Shown: positions 35,664 to 49,800 of the stretch, one piece after another
How the letters are laid out: every line of letters starts with the position of its first letter
Position numbering within the stretch: the stretch's first letter is position 1
Origin: Hormiphora californensis
Taxonomy: Eukaryota; Animalia; Ctenophora
Length of the DNA: 64,000 bases
Reading direction: 5' to 3'
NCBI GenBank assembly: GCA_020137815.1
Contig: CM035361.1
Coordinates: forward strand, 124,001 to 188,000
Made by a program: the position numbers and the translations under genes
The notes under the pieces: generated by a model
Database searches by the model: none
What the model was told of the DNA's origin: nothing
Seen by the model: the letters and a program-made list of their open reading frames with translations, nothing else

Positions 35664-38600
35664 TCACTTTTTCTCCGCAGTTGTGATACTCGTTTTGGTG
35701 ATCTGCGTGGTACGTTGTGGCTTTCTAGTCCTACTGATCGCGGTACTGACTTTCAAACCTCCCGACTTTGATCCAATCCCCTTCATTGAGCGGTATCTGC
35801 AGTAGGGGTTGGGTCTTAAATTATAGCTGTAATGCGTGCCTAGATTTCTGAGTCAAGTCTAGAAAGATTGGTCGAATGTTGTAGCTTAGGGCCTACCGAG
35901 CTAAGGTGAATGTGTAAATTATTCATGCCACGACTAAAATTATCTTTGCGTTTAACTTTACCGTGTTTTTAGTTCATATCCGTGTGGATTATCCACCAAG
36001 TTGAGGTAGTCTATCCACATCTTCGCCTCATCCAAATAGTTGTTGTTTAGGAGTTGTGTTGCCAGGGTTACCAGGAACTTTTCCATTCTTGGACGTTCAG
36101 GTCCCACTTTACAGAGAGTCCCAAGGCCAGATTTGAACGCCCTGGATTTGGGAGGAAATGTCAGTGCAGTTTTCGTATAATTTGCTGTATGTTCATGGAA
36201 GGAAGGGGAGTTTTCATTCTGATCTAGGGAACAAGGAGGGGATGGTAGCTTGACCGGAGTGGGGCCAGGGATCAAGCTCTGACAGCTCTCTCCCATCTCA
36301 CTGACAAGAGTTCATTTACCTGTCCATTAGTTCATGGGCCACAAGGTAGTTCTCCTCTATAATCCGTATAATACTGAGGTTCAGGAGAGCCCTGGCTCTC
36401 ACTGCTGCATCCTCAGAAGTCTCGGCAGCCTGCAGGAATGGAGGGAATTTTTAACGGTTTTTTCAACTTGTATTATGATAACGCTGGTTGTTAATTTTAT
36501 TTTACCAAATGCAGTCTCTAACTATGTTGACTGCATAACTGTTAATTATACCTTGAGGAGGTATGAGAGAGCTGTTTCACGAGATGACGCCAGGAGAGAT
36601 ACATTAGCTAACTCCAAGAAGCACCTGCCAAATTGTTAAAACAACTAGATCAGTGCAGTAAAGTATTCAACAAAATTTAATAAAATCCGACCCCACCGAT
36701 TACACGACAAACAGGAACCTGTCCCTAATCCCCCCTATTGCAATAACCTGTCTTGTCGGGGATTCAGGTAAAGTGCCATTTCCAGATACCGACTAATCTC
36801 CTCCAACTCTGATAAGATATCCTCTGTCATCTGCAACAGGAAACAGAATTAGGGAGACTGCAGTTTAGGGCCAGCTGGTTGGAGGTGAGCTAGTTTAGGG
36901 CCAGTAGCCCTAATTGATCCAATTTGTGCTGAATCAGGCCTGGTTAGGGTAGACTACTTACAAGTGTTACCTGTTATGGGAAATCTACTTACAACTGGAG
37001 GAGATGGCGGTGGTGGTGGCGGTGGAGGAGCCCCTTTGGACTTGTCTTTTCTGCTTTGCTGATGCTGAAAATGGAATTATATGAAAAATATGATTACAAA
37101 AGTATTTAGTACAATATATATTACAAACGTCAAACGACACACTGTTTTGTGAAATTTAGGGATTGCCGCCGTTTCTAACCGAAGATCGGGGTTTAGTTTC
37201 TTTCTCCTCCTTTTCTCCACACATCGTGTTCAGGTTTAGTTCTATCTGTGCACTCTCGTCAATATTTCCATCTGGAAGAGTGACAGTAGTGGGTTGAAGA
37301 TTGAAATCGCTCACTCTGAGCAATGCTCAGTGAGCATAGCGATCAAAAGTTTTTCACTCAAATGAAAGTGACAAGTGTGTTTAGGACATAAATACTTACC
37401 TAATGCTGCCTATAAGTGCAGTATAGGATCTTTTTTAGGTACCTTTTAGGTACTTTTTAGTGCGCTACCTTTCAGAATAAGCCCCTTCTTTGAGATTGCC
37501 AGTTCAAGATATGCCATAGAGGTGGGATGAGACTTTATTGAACGTTTGAGAAGATGTATTGAACCCTCCTTTCCCTCCCAGTCACCGTACCGGGACTTCT
37601 CTTTTGCTATCATGTAGTCGGTATATGGATCGGGTCGAGATAACGCCTGGAAGTGATTAACGGATACAATAACATTAATCAGTTAATTAATTAATTAAGT
37701 ATTATAGTAGCATAGGTTGAGCGTTATTTCCCTCGGTCTAACCTCTTTGAAAAGTTGGCTTGCTTGGGGATCCATTCCTGATCGCTGGGAACTGTCTCTC
37801 CTGTTCAGTAGTCGGCCAAGATAAACCTGTGTAATTCAAATTCAATGAACATGTTTATCGTTTGTTTAGGTTGCACTTGCACCGACAGATATAGCGCAGC
37901 GACTTCTATTCTAGATGAGGGACAGTGTACTGCAAGAAGCATGAATCATACCTTTGGGAGGTTGAATTCAGGGGAGGTCTGTATAATTGATCGGAGAGAT
38001 TCAGAGGAGGAGGAAAAGTAATAATACTCAGACATCCTGTAATTAGTTAATTGATTAATCAATTTCAGTATATGTTACGGCTCCTTAGTTTTTTTTCAAA
38101 ATATATTTACCTGTCAATATGTTTACTAAAATTATACTGCACCAGTGCTGCTCCGAAGCGTGCAAAATCACTATTTCCATCAAGTCGTAAACTATCCTCA
38201 AACAGTCTATCTGCTACACAGTTGAGCCCAAAGAAGCTGTGGGCCCATCCCAGATCAGCTAATGATCTACCTGCATTGAACAATCATCATGTGGATATCC
38301 CTCGACAATGTAGCATGTCAAGTGGATACTGGACTGGAGGAACTTTGCGACAAATATTACTATGGATCATAGATAGATAATTGAGGGAAAAGATGGCAGG
38401 TTTTTTATCATTAGTGTTCTACCTAATTTCTTGTTCTTGATGAATGTTGGTGCGGATGTAAGGGTGACAGCCAGCCTTTCAAGCCACAAATCAGCCTCCT
38501 CCGTCTCCCCTGACAACCGTAAAACATGGATCTTGTTCGCTGTTCCGACCAGGTTATCCTGCAATGCAATGCAATTATTTATTTAATTATTTGAGAGCTG

Positions 38601-40799
38601 CTGTCTTTGAGTAGCATGAGAGCTGCTGACTTTGTAATTTAGCTTATTCAGTGTGGGAGCATTTTTATGCCTATCTAAGTTGGTTCGTATTTTATGAGGC
38701 CCGTATTTTCATCAATAAAAGTCTATCTATGGTGTGTTTAAATCCAGATTTTAATAGTGTGTGTCATAAGTAATAGGCCAGTCACTTTTTGCTTAATTGG
38801 TGAACTGAGACATAACAAAGGTTTTCCACTTGCATTGTACTCCTATGGGGTCCCAGAAACACCAAAAAAATTGTTCACTCCGACCGAGGTGAAGAAAGTG
38901 CCCAAAATGGCCACGCCCTTTTTGCCTGTATTTTCAGCCTTGACCAAAAATAGCAACTTTGCTTTGGATTGGAGTAGAAACGTAAATGAGGGCACTAAAA
39001 TGTGTAGAATGAGCAGCAGAATCGATTGGTACCAAGTAGAAGTCGTTATCTCATCAGGTTCGAGAGATAATTGGATAATTAGGTATGCGCATAACCGTTT
39101 TTGAGCCATATGGCTATAGCCGCTCAGGAGCGGTTTCAGAAATTTTGCTTCACAGGAGCTTGTTCAGCATATAAAAATTAGTGGGGGTAATAAATATGAA
39201 GTTTTTATCGCATAAGGTCAATGAGTTATTCAACTTTAAAGATCGAAAAATGAGGGTAAAATGAAAGAAAATGAACCAAATTTCGACTTTTTACCCCCAT
39301 TTTTCGATCTTTAAAGTTGAATAACTCATTGACCTTATGCAATAAAAACTTCATATTTGTTACCCCCACTAATTTTTATATGCTGAACAAGCTCCTGTGA
39401 AGCAAAATTTCTGAAACCGCTCCTGAGCGGCTATAGCCATATGGCTCAAAAATGGTTATGCGCATACCTAATTATCCAATTATCTCTCGAACCTGATGAG
39501 ATAACGACTTCTGCTTGGTACCAATCGATTCTGCTGCTCATTCTACACATTTTAGTGCCCTCATTTACGTTTCTACTCCAATCCAAAGCAAAGTTGCTAT
39601 TTTTGGTCAAGGCTGAAAATACAGGCAAAAAGGGCGTGGCCATTTTGGGCACTTTCTTCACCTCGGTTGGAGTGAACAATTTTTTTGGTGTTTCTAGGAC
39701 CCCATAGGAGTACAATACAAGTGGAAAACCTTTGTTATGTCTCAGTTCACCAAACGGCCCCAAAATGACAAAAAATGACTGGCCTATAAGGAAGGTGTTA
39801 TAATTTAGGTATACCGCTCTGACGCTGAGCAGTGTCAGTCAAAATTCAGTTTGCTGGCCCTGTTTTGCCTGGGCGGTATACAAAAACGTATATTATTATT
39901 ATTATTATTATTAATTAATTAATAGTAGTAAGTTAATTATTGAGTAAAGTTAAAGTAACTCTTCTCCGCCCTTACTCAACAATAAATCAATGATTCTCAT
40001 CTTAGAATGAGTTGGCTGAATGATACAAAATTCTAACTTTCAAGACCTGAACTTGTATCAGCCACCTAGATCCATGCTAGCATTTGCATGATACCTCTGC
40101 AGCATATGATCTTAAAGAGTCGAGTACTCTGAATGAACCTCGATGAATTGAACATGAGCAATGAATGAATGAATTCAATCCTGTATGCACATGATTTTCT
40201 CTGTGGAAGAATCACTCCCATACTTGAGCAAAGAAAAAAAAACATCCTAAGATTTACAGATGCAGCAGTAAGCTACATGACTATGAGTATGACGTCATGA
40301 ATTTATAACAAAACATGTGAAAAATATTCAAGTTACCTTGTCGATACTCGTTGCAAGGTCGAAATATTTAAGGGCACATGTCACATTATCCTCCAAGTAG
40401 GCGAAGTATCCTAGCACATTGTATAGCGGGGCCCTGAGTGAGAAATATAATGCTCAATTTGATGACTGATGAGACAGAGGGAGTTATTAACAGCAATAAT
40501 CACTGCGCTGGCAAGCGCAAAGGTTGCCATCCCTTCCCCTCCTCCAAAGAAGTTTAGTAAATACACAACACAACTGAATTCTATGTTTTTTTCTATGTTT
40601 GATTACCTGTATGAAAGAGGTATTGAGTGAAGGAGGAGAGTTAGTCGCTCCAAGTTACTATCTAAATCGTTTACTTTCAAACTGAAAATGCATGGTAGTG
40701 TTATGTATTGTTAACTATTCAAATGACAGCAAAATGAACTCACCAAAATCCAAAATGAGATGGCACTGATTTTAAAATGTTTTCATTTGGTGGTCTCAT
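35664..40799 (-). CDS. TTC22/IFIT-like TPR protein, multi-exon
   Basis: MRPPNENILKSVPSHFGF..., RAPLYNVLGYFAYLEDNVTCALKYFDLA, DNLVGTANKIHVLRLSGETEEADLWLERLA and GRSLADLGWAHSFFG...LFEDSLRLDGNSDFARFGAALVQY. These parallel the N-terminal TPRs of TTC22 and IFIT as I recall them. Confidence 0.7.
38774..39786. mobile_element. Foldback element with ~490-bp TIRs, TAG..CTA ends and 3-bp TSD taa
   Basis: taa|taggccagtca ... tgactggccta|taa. Mirrored ORFs appear in the track. Confidence 0.88.
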
Positions 40800-41654
40800 T
40801 ATCAACCAATTCACATGTTTTATCAGCTGATCACACTGTACTTGCCCAGATGGCAGAGAAACTGACATGAAATGAGTTGTTAATTGCTTAATCAAAGGGG
40901 TTTAATTACATTTTTTGCAATTGGTTTTGCAATTTGGTTTTCCATATATTGTCTTTTTCAACCAGAATTGTTCGTGTGCGATATTTTTACTCTAGGATAT
41001 ACCGCTCTGATGACTCGTCGGAACATCGCCAATATTTTGACATGTTTCCGTCGGGTATGGGCGGTATATAAGCGCGGAATATTATTATTATTATTAATTA
41101 GAGAATAGAGACCAGGCCCTAGGATAGCTGAAGACGTGATACACAGTGATCTCGAAAGCTTCTGTCAATTTATTTGATTTAGTACCATTATATCGTTGTC
41201 TATCTTGTTAACAGGCCCTAGGAATCTAGGATATACAAATTACAAAATCACTGTTATTTCTGGCGGTACCGACACGATCTGAACGCAATATCAAAACGGG
41301 GTCTGACGGTGCCAGACAGCAAAATCAAAACTGATAAGTGAGCATCATCCGAAAGGCGAAAATCAAAATTATGTACTGAATTGTGCAATTGAATAGGATT
41401 TTCCAGTTACACACTACATGTATCCAGTCGCACGCTCGATCTATCTGAACACAACTAAGAGATTGTGGGCGGTCTTTCATCTGCCCTCCTCTTCGTTCCC
41501 CCGTGATTCTCTCTCCTCCTCCCCCCTCTCCTCTCTCTCGTCCTGATCTTCTCATTTCTCTCTTTCTCTCAGTCTCTGTCTGTCTCTCACTCTCTCCTTT
41601 AGTCATATTCTCTCCCTCGAGTAGTATTGCAACACAGACAAGCAGGTTTTAAAC

Positions 41655-41712
<58 letters not shown>

Positions 41713-43487
41713 GAGATAGAGAGAAGAGAGAGCTAGAGATATAGATAGATAGAGAGCGATAGAGCTCGCTCTATTCTATCGATCGCTCTATATCGAGCTC
41801 GATCTAGAGCGCTAACTCTCGCGCTCTATCGCGAGCGATCTCATAGCGAGATAGAGAGAGAAATGGACCATCACGTGCTTGTCAAAACGTAATAGCCCAT
41901 TGAGATCCATGGGAGAGCAAATGAAGGTCGAAGTAGCTCAGAGACATAAAGGCACTATTGCTGCAGTGCATACTTGAAGTAGAAAAAAAATACTGAGTGA
42001 AACATCTGTGAAAGTTTTAAAGACATTCCAGAAACTATAATGTGGAGTTGGCAAGAACTCAGTTGTCTGGCGGCGCAAACCCGATATGATTCTGACAGGG
42101 TCTGGCACCAGACAATTGCTCAGCTGTCTACTTTCAGGTTCTGTATTCTGTAACCATTGATGTCACTGGTTAGTAAATCTGTGATGTCATCATGTCGATG
42201 ACGTCATAATATTTTGGCGATAATCATGGATTCCATTTCCAAGAACTCGGTCCCCCAGTTCAAGTTGAAGTATCTATATCAACAGCATGGAATTAGCACT
42301 GTAAGTTACAGTGGGTAATTACTAATTATACACCAACAATAATTGACCGCTCCTAAGCTCTACTCACCTGGATACCGCGAGTTTGTTTGGAATGATATGA
42401 TCTAGTTCCTTCTGCTTTTATCACAAGATCGTCCTCCCTTGAACCTCCGGAGATCTCCCATGGACTTCTCCGGGTCCCGGGAGATCAGGAGATTTCTGGA
42501 TGTGCAAGGGAGGCCGTCTGGCCGTATACTTATAGTTGAATGTAAACCTCTGTTCTCAGTTTTTTTTCTTTGTCAAACTCTGTGAACTCAATTACCCCGT
42601 TTTTCAGAATGTAAATCATCACTGCACTGGCAAGTGCCCCGTGGCCTAATGGGGGTCTGGGGGCAAAGCCCCCAGCAATGAAAAAACCATCCCACCCCTT
42701 CTAAGGTCATCCTAGAACATTATAAGATCAAATCTGAAAGGATAAACTCAGGCGCGGAAAATTTAATTTCGCCCGATTCGGGGCCAGTGCAGTATACCAT
42801 ACGGATGTGACTTTCGCCCTTTTCGAGCGTCTATTTAACCATGTTCCCGACAAGCTAGCACGCTGAAATTTTGTATGTAAAGCTACCTCAATGATATCTA
42901 ATAGTGTTTAAAATTTCAAGTGGATCGATGGTTTCGTTCAAAAGTTACGAGGGGGGTCCCAAACGCTTGCTCTGTATACATGCATACGCACCACCTTTTT
43001 GCAAAACACTTAGAGCGAAAACGGCTGGATTTAGAGCTTTTTCTCCGGGGGAAGACCCCCCATAAATCGACTATTCTACGTGTAATAGGCTATATAAAAT
43101 CCTGATTTGAGTATCGGAAGTCATTAATTATGCATAATTTATGTAAAATTTTATGAATATATCGGTATAAACTAGTTTAAGAAAGTTTTCATGGACATAT
43201 TTCGACGCAGAAGAGTCGATTTATGGGGGGTCGTCCCCCGGACAAAAAGTCGTATCTCGCACCGTTTAGCCGTTATTTGCATATTTATGTGCCGATTCAC
43301 GATTTAATGCATATTCTGAATATTTCCACTTCAGCTGGTCCTAGAATGTTTTCATGGACATATTTTGACGTAGAATAGTCGATTATCATAATCATTATGG
43401 GGGGTCGTCCCCCGGACAAAAAGTCGTATCTCGCACCGTTTAGCCGTTATTTGCATATTTATGTTACCTGTTTACAAAAATCCTGAG

Positions 43488-43759
43488 AAACTAGACCAAA
43501 AAACAAAGGAAATTTGCTTGGAACACCCGTGGCCTTTTTTCGATACTTGACGCTGCGGGAAATGCACCCTTCGTCAGAGCAAGACGCGAGGAAGAGTGAG
43601 AGAAAGTGTGTGCGTATTTTAAAACTTAGAGAGCGATGTGGAGATGACACAACCGCGATACCTAGTAGCTCAGATTATGGGTGCATTTCCCGCAGCGTCA
43701 AGTATCGAAAAAAGGCCACGGGTGTTCCAAGCAAATTTCCTTTGTTTTTTGGTCTAGTT
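43488..43759. mobile_element. Palindromic MITE with ~80-bp TIRs
   Basis: aactagaccaaaaaacaaagg ... cctttgttttttggtctagtt. Confidence 0.8.
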
Positions 43760-44074
43760 GAAATCATCACAATATGAGGATATACCGAATGTGGAAGAGG
43801 CGACCCAGTTCACGGACCTACCAGAGGAAAACAGGGTGTCACCGGAGAATTCTGAACATAGCGGACCTGGCACGTAGGGCTGAGCTCCAAAATAACAGTG
43901 AGGGATAGATTCGATTCTAAATTCAGTGACGAGTTTAAAATATCCCCGGCCCCAGATTGTTGATGACCAAAATCAACTTTTCGAAAACATAATTCCAAAA
44001 AATTTGCTCAAAATTTTCTACAGGTGTTTTCCGGAAGAAATGTGGAAAACCGACCCCCATAACCCTCTCTGTAG

Positions 44075-46125
44075 AAGAGGTTGAGGAATATGAGTGTGCG
44101 TACAGGAAGTTCGATACCAATAAGGATGGAGTGATCTCAACTGCAGAGCTGGGAGCGATGTTACGGAGTATCGGGTTGAAACCCTCTAAAAGGGAGGAAA
44201 AGGTAAATTGTCAGCTTGACAAGTCCCTCGCAGCAAATACAGTGATATTGATAAGTGATAACTCACATGGTTATTGGTCTAATAAACTATCCTCCCTTGC
44301 AACCAGGAAATGATAGCGGAGATTGACTGCAATGGGGATGGGATAATTGACTTTTGTGAGTTTCTTAAAATGATGTCAAGGTAAAGTGAAACTGGGAACA
44401 TGTCGGACAAACTGGGAACATGTCTGACAAACTGAGAACATGTCGGACAAACTGGGAACATGTCGGACAAACTGGGAACATGTGGGACAAACTGGGAACA
44501 TGTCGGACAAACTGGGAACATGTCGGACAAACTGGGAACATGTGGGACAAACTGGGAACATGTCTGACAAACTGGGAACATGTCGGACAAACTGGGAACA
44601 TGTCGGACAAACTGGGAACATGTCGGACAAACTGGGAACATGTCGGACAAACTGGGAACATGTCGGACAAACTGGGAACATGTCGGACAAACTGGGAACA
44701 TGTCGGACAAACTGGGAACATGTCGGACAAACTGGGAACATGTCGGACAAACTGGGAACATGTCTGACAAACTGGGAACATGTCGGACAAACTGGCAACA
44801 TGTCGGACAAACTGGGAACATGTCGGACAAACTGGGAACATGTCGGACAAACTGGGAACATGTCGGACAAATTCTGGAAACATGTCGGACAAACTGGGAA
44901 CATGTCGGACAAACTGGGAACATGTCTGACAAACTGTGAGCATGTCGGACAAACTGGGAACATGTTGGACAAACTGGGAACATGTCGGACAAACTGGGAA
45001 CATGTCGGACAAACTGGGAACATGTCGGAAAAACTGGGAACATGTCGGACAAACTGGGAACATGTCGGACAAACTGGGAACATGTCGGACAAACTGGGAA
45101 CATGTCGGACAAATTCTGGAAACATGTCGGACAAACTGGGAACATGTCGGACAAACTGGGAACATGTCGGACAAACTGGGAACATGACGGACAAACTGGG
45201 AACATGTCGGACAAACTGTGAGCATGTCGGACAAACTGGGAACATGTTGGACAAACTGGGAACATGTCGGACAAACTGGGAACATGTCGGACAAACTGGG
45301 AACATGTCGGACAAACTGGGAACATGTCGGACAAACTGGGAACATGTCGGACAAACTGGAAACATTTCGGATAAACTGGGAACATGTCGGACAAACTGGG
45401 AACATGTCGGACAAACTGGGAACATGTCGGACAAACTGGGAACATGTCGGACAAACTGGCAACTGCTCGTCGTTCGATCTGTAGGCACAGTAACCCCTCC
45501 TATCCCTCCCCTAACGTTTCACATCTGACATTCCAGGCATAGTAACCCGGGTGTGGATCCCCAGCAACAACTCACAGAGGTGTTCCGCCTCTTTGACACA
45601 GACAGGAGCGGGTACATAACTCACGATGAGTTACGTTGTGTCATGTTGTCCCTGGGTCACCCTCTATCTGACAAGCAACTTCGCTCTATGATACATCAGG
45701 TAAACAGGTGATGCCTCGACCTCTCTCCTTGCTCCAATTCTGAGTGAAGCACGTGAGAAAGGGTCAGCTGGAGACAGATAATTACACATGTTTCTAGTTT
45801 GTCCGACATGTTCCCAGTTTACGGTAAATATGTATAATTATCTGTCTCCAGCTGACCCTTTCTCGCGTGCTTCACTCAGAAGTGGAGCAAGGATAGAGGT
45901 CAGGCATCACGCTGACAGATACTAGATAGCACAATTTTGGTTATAGTTCTACAGTCCGGTCGACAACCACACTTCACTTGTTACGAATTGATAGCTGACG
46001 AATTCCCATTATATCTCTCTACTTTTCAGGCAGACCAGGATGGGGATGGAAAAATAAATTTGAAGGAGTTTGTGAAGATTATGACAACTGTTGAACCTAG
46101 TGGAACATCGTCTAGAAAGTGCTAG
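44075..46125 (+). CDS. Calmodulin-like protein with 4 EF hands (5' exon uncertain, possibly ~42226-42300)
   Basis: Exons 44075-44202, ~44307-44380, ~45537-45699, 46030-46125. Loops DTNKDGVISTAE, DCNGDGIIDFCE, DTDRSGYITHDE and DQDGDGKINLKE. Confidence 0.9.
44389..45462. repeat. 20-bp minisatellite (aaactgggaacatgtcggac)n filling an intron
   Basis: About 53 highly homogeneous units. Confidence 0.98.
45708..45910. mobile_element. Palindromic MITE with a minisatellite unit in its loop
   Basis: gtgatgcct ... aggcatcac with ~80-bp arms. Loop 45796-45820 is the reverse complement of the 20-bp unit. Confidence 0.8.
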
Positions 46126-46820
46126 CAAGCTTAGCTATAAGCAGTAGCCGGAAATCAGGCATGACCATGGGGGAGGGAGAGAAATGGGCTATATGACCCC
46201 CGACCCTGCCTGCATGGACCTCTCTAGAGCTTACAATATGGCCATTTTCGACTCTTCTGGAGCTGTGCCTTATTACTAATAATATTAGCGTGTACACTCA
46301 GCTCACGAGACATTGCAACATCCTGTCTGGCGGTGCCGACCCGATCTGAGCGCTTAGGATAGGGTAACATCTAAAAATAGCTCATGAGAGCAACAGACAC
46401 GTTCTTCTTACATGGTGCATACCACAGCTGATGTGCCAGAGACAAGTTTACCAATAAATTATAGCAGGTTTACTCAAGTTTGATGCGTTTAATTAACATC
46501 AATAAATCTCAAATGTTTTATGTAACACATCACACAAATCCAACAACACACAAACCATGACTGCTGTCGATTCGAGATCTCACTGTACAGTGTACATGTG
46601 GCATAGTACGATCACATGATATATGAAAAAATATAGAAACTAAATCTAAAACGATTTGATCTTGGGCCCGTGGTAATCTCACTTTTCTATAACTATGTAA
46701 TTTAAAAGTGCAACAATATTGTTATCTATTATAACCCCAACAATCACCAATAAATATATATCTTCCACTCTCACTCTCACTGATCTCTTTCTTAATTAAC
46801 TAATCAAATAAACACATTCA

Positions 46821-49800
46821 TTATTCAAGCAATATAGTCCATTCTGCTGATAGTAACACTCCAGGCTTCTTAATCGTTAGAACTCGCTTTGATTTATCAT
46901 ATGATACAGTCAGAGGTTTGCCATTTAGGGTAGCGGTATGTTTCCCAACACCCAGTAGTACTATTCTCTCCACCTCTGGGGAAGCGTAGGAGCCGGAAAT
47001 AATCCTGGAAAACAATGGGATTTATATACAGAGTGAGGGGAATATATCCACTAATGGGTGAAATGTGACACAATTAGGGTACACTTTGGTTAAATTTAAA
47101 AAACGGAGACGAGGTCTACTGCACTTCGAACTAACCTGTTCGTTAGTTGGTTATTACTGAGTTTTAGTTCTCTGAACATCATATCACCCTTTTGATAGTT
47201 GAAAGTCTTAGTATCATCGTTATATACACGGCCAACTGCCTCACCCTGGCGGAAAGTAGTTAATTAATTAATTAATATTTCTATAAACATCAGCCAGTAT
47301 ATTGGAAACTGTTATATTTTCATTTAAATATTGTCAAAATCAATGAAAATAACAGCTTGATTATTATCAGCCATCACATGTAGGCACAATTTAAACTGTG
47401 TTACCTTAGAATTAGTTGCCACTATGAGGGTATAGGGGTCCCCAGCCATCAGTTCTGATGACCTACGAAGTCTCTTCTTTATAGGCACGATACTACCTGA
47501 AGAATAGTGTTTACAATTTGTCTTACTAAAAAACAATCCCCTCTCCCGGCAAACTTTCCTCCCCTACTCCACTATACCTTTAACACCTTCAACACCCTCC
47601 CCCTTGCCTCTTTGAAGAAACCCCTCTCTCAAGAAACACCCCTCTCCCAAGAAACACCCCTCCCAAGAGACACCCCTCCCAAGAAACACCCCTCTCCCAA
47701 GAAACACCCCTCTCCCAAGAAACACCCCTCCCAAGAAACACCCCTCTCCCAAGAAACACCCCTCTCCCAAAAAACACCTCTCCCAAGAAACACCCCTCCC
47801 AAGAAACACCCCTCCCATATTTTACCTCCACGAATGAAAAGGGGCATGGTTGACATTTTAACAATCGTAGCTAGAGATGAGGTTGCTTCATGCTGGGTCA
47901 AAGTGTGGTAGTTATACCAAACCTGAGACAAGAAATGAAGTTGAAAAATCAACAAACATACACATATTGAACAACCGGTGTCCGGTAATCACCGGTGGGA
48001 TATATGGGACTGAAGTACTGGCAAGAAACTGTGAGATCTCTACTGCCCACAAGTTCATTCGGATATACACGAGATTGAAAGGGAACTTGTAAAACAGACC
48101 TCTTTTCCGGGAAGTGTGGTGTAGTGAGTAGACTCCCCGCTCTCTAGAACAGGGGATGAGAGGAGAGAAGGACCAACTAGGAACTCTTTCTGGTTAGAAT
48201 GCTGGGCTGAATCCTCTGGGAACTCGTACCATATAGGCCTGGGACAATTAATTAATTAAATTATGGAGCAATTACTTAACTAACTAATTATTGAAGAGTT
48301 AATTAACAATTAATTATGGAACAGTTAATTAACTAATTATGGGGTAAAACAATAACTAACGTGGCAGTAAATTAAAATACTCAGTGGTTGTTAAATAACT
48401 AAGTTTTTAATTAACTAATTATATCGCTACTAATTACCTCATTACAGGGCTATTATCAATAGACGCTTCGTAGAACATTGTGTAAAGATAAGGTAAGAGC
48501 TGGTATCGTAAAACCTGTAAAAGTGGGTGTTGGTCTGTCTCTGTTCTCTGTCTCTGTCTCTGTCTCTGTCTCTGTCTCTGTCTCTGTCTCTGTCTCTGTC
48601 TCTGTCTCTGTCTCTGTCTCTGTCTCTGTCTCTGTCTCTCTGTCTCTCTGTCTCTCTCTCTCTCTCTCCCTCTCACCAGTGCGTCTCGAATGTTGGCTGT
48701 GGCTTCCTCCCCAAACAGCCAGGGTTCCCTTCTCTTGGTATCAATGTGAGCGTGGCCCCTCAGGAACGGTTGGAATATTGCTGCCTGTTCGGGAGGAAAA
48801 CAACACTGGGTTAATGAAGGAGTTTATTTTAATGCGGGTCGAGCAGGGCAACAGCTCTCAGCTGTTTGCTTAGGAAAACAGCACTTTATGGGTTTATTGA
48901 GCTCCAAACCAAACGGCAAACAGTATTTTAAGATACGCTTCATTTGGAAACTGCCGCACTTTACCTGATACCATCTAGTCAGCAGTTCGACACTGGGGTT
49001 CCCAAAGAAACCCCCAACATCAGCTCCAACAAAGGGGTACCCAGCCACGTTGAGGGATAGTAGCATGGGGATGGACATGCGGAGGTGCTCCCAGGTTGCG
49101 AGGTTATCTCCCGTCCAGATAGGACCTGGAATGGAGATGGTGGTTAGATGGGGGGGGGGGAGTGGGTGAGAGGGAGATATAGGTGTTTTAGATGGGGAGT
49201 GGTGAGAGGGGATTGGGGGTGTTTACCCTACTAGCCATCCGACGAGCGAGCCATCTCGTTTGAACACCGTTTTACATGGGTCAAGGTAAACGTAAGAACA
49301 GGTGTGAGAACAGGTTAAAATCAGGTTGACTCAGGTAACTTACCTATAGATGGGGGGTTGGGTGAGAGGGGATGGGTGTTTTTATATGGGGGGGGGGGAC
49401 CTGGAATGGAGAGGGAGATGAGTGTTTAGATGGCGGGGGGGGGGTGGTGAGAGGGGGATGGGTGTTTAGATGGGGGTTGGGTGAGAAGGGGTTGGGGGTG
49501 TTCAGATGTGACCATCCCTATTTACTCTTTATTAGATAGTTGTCGTTACGCAATCCCGCCCCTTTTACACATTCGGCAACCATTCGGTACCAGGTGTGAC
49601 TGTGAGAGGTAGGCCGGTGGTGGCGGGGGTGCAGAATTCACCGCAATTTTCTGGCAAGTCATTTTACTGTGTTGTGTAGCATATTCAAGTCTACACATCC
49701 ACCACTCTCCCTCTCTTGATGCCTCTGTTTCTCTCGCTCACAACTCCAAAGCTCCTTAGTAATGGTACTGTACAAAAAGGCTCTTTCACAATTATAGTCC

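Noticed and set aside
41007-41035. Second hammerhead (ctgatga...)
   Set aside because: Followed by GGAAC rather than GAAA, with no convincing stems.
41700-41860. Dense run of short palindromes (gagctc, atcgat, agcgct)
   Set aside because: Embedded in (GA)n with preserved two-base periodicity. Looks like base-calling noise.
44279-45528. Long ORFs (362-391 aa) and a CRISPR-like regular array
   Set aside because: A pure 20-bp tandem repeat with no unique spacers, inside an intron. The ORFs are by-products of a stop-free unit.
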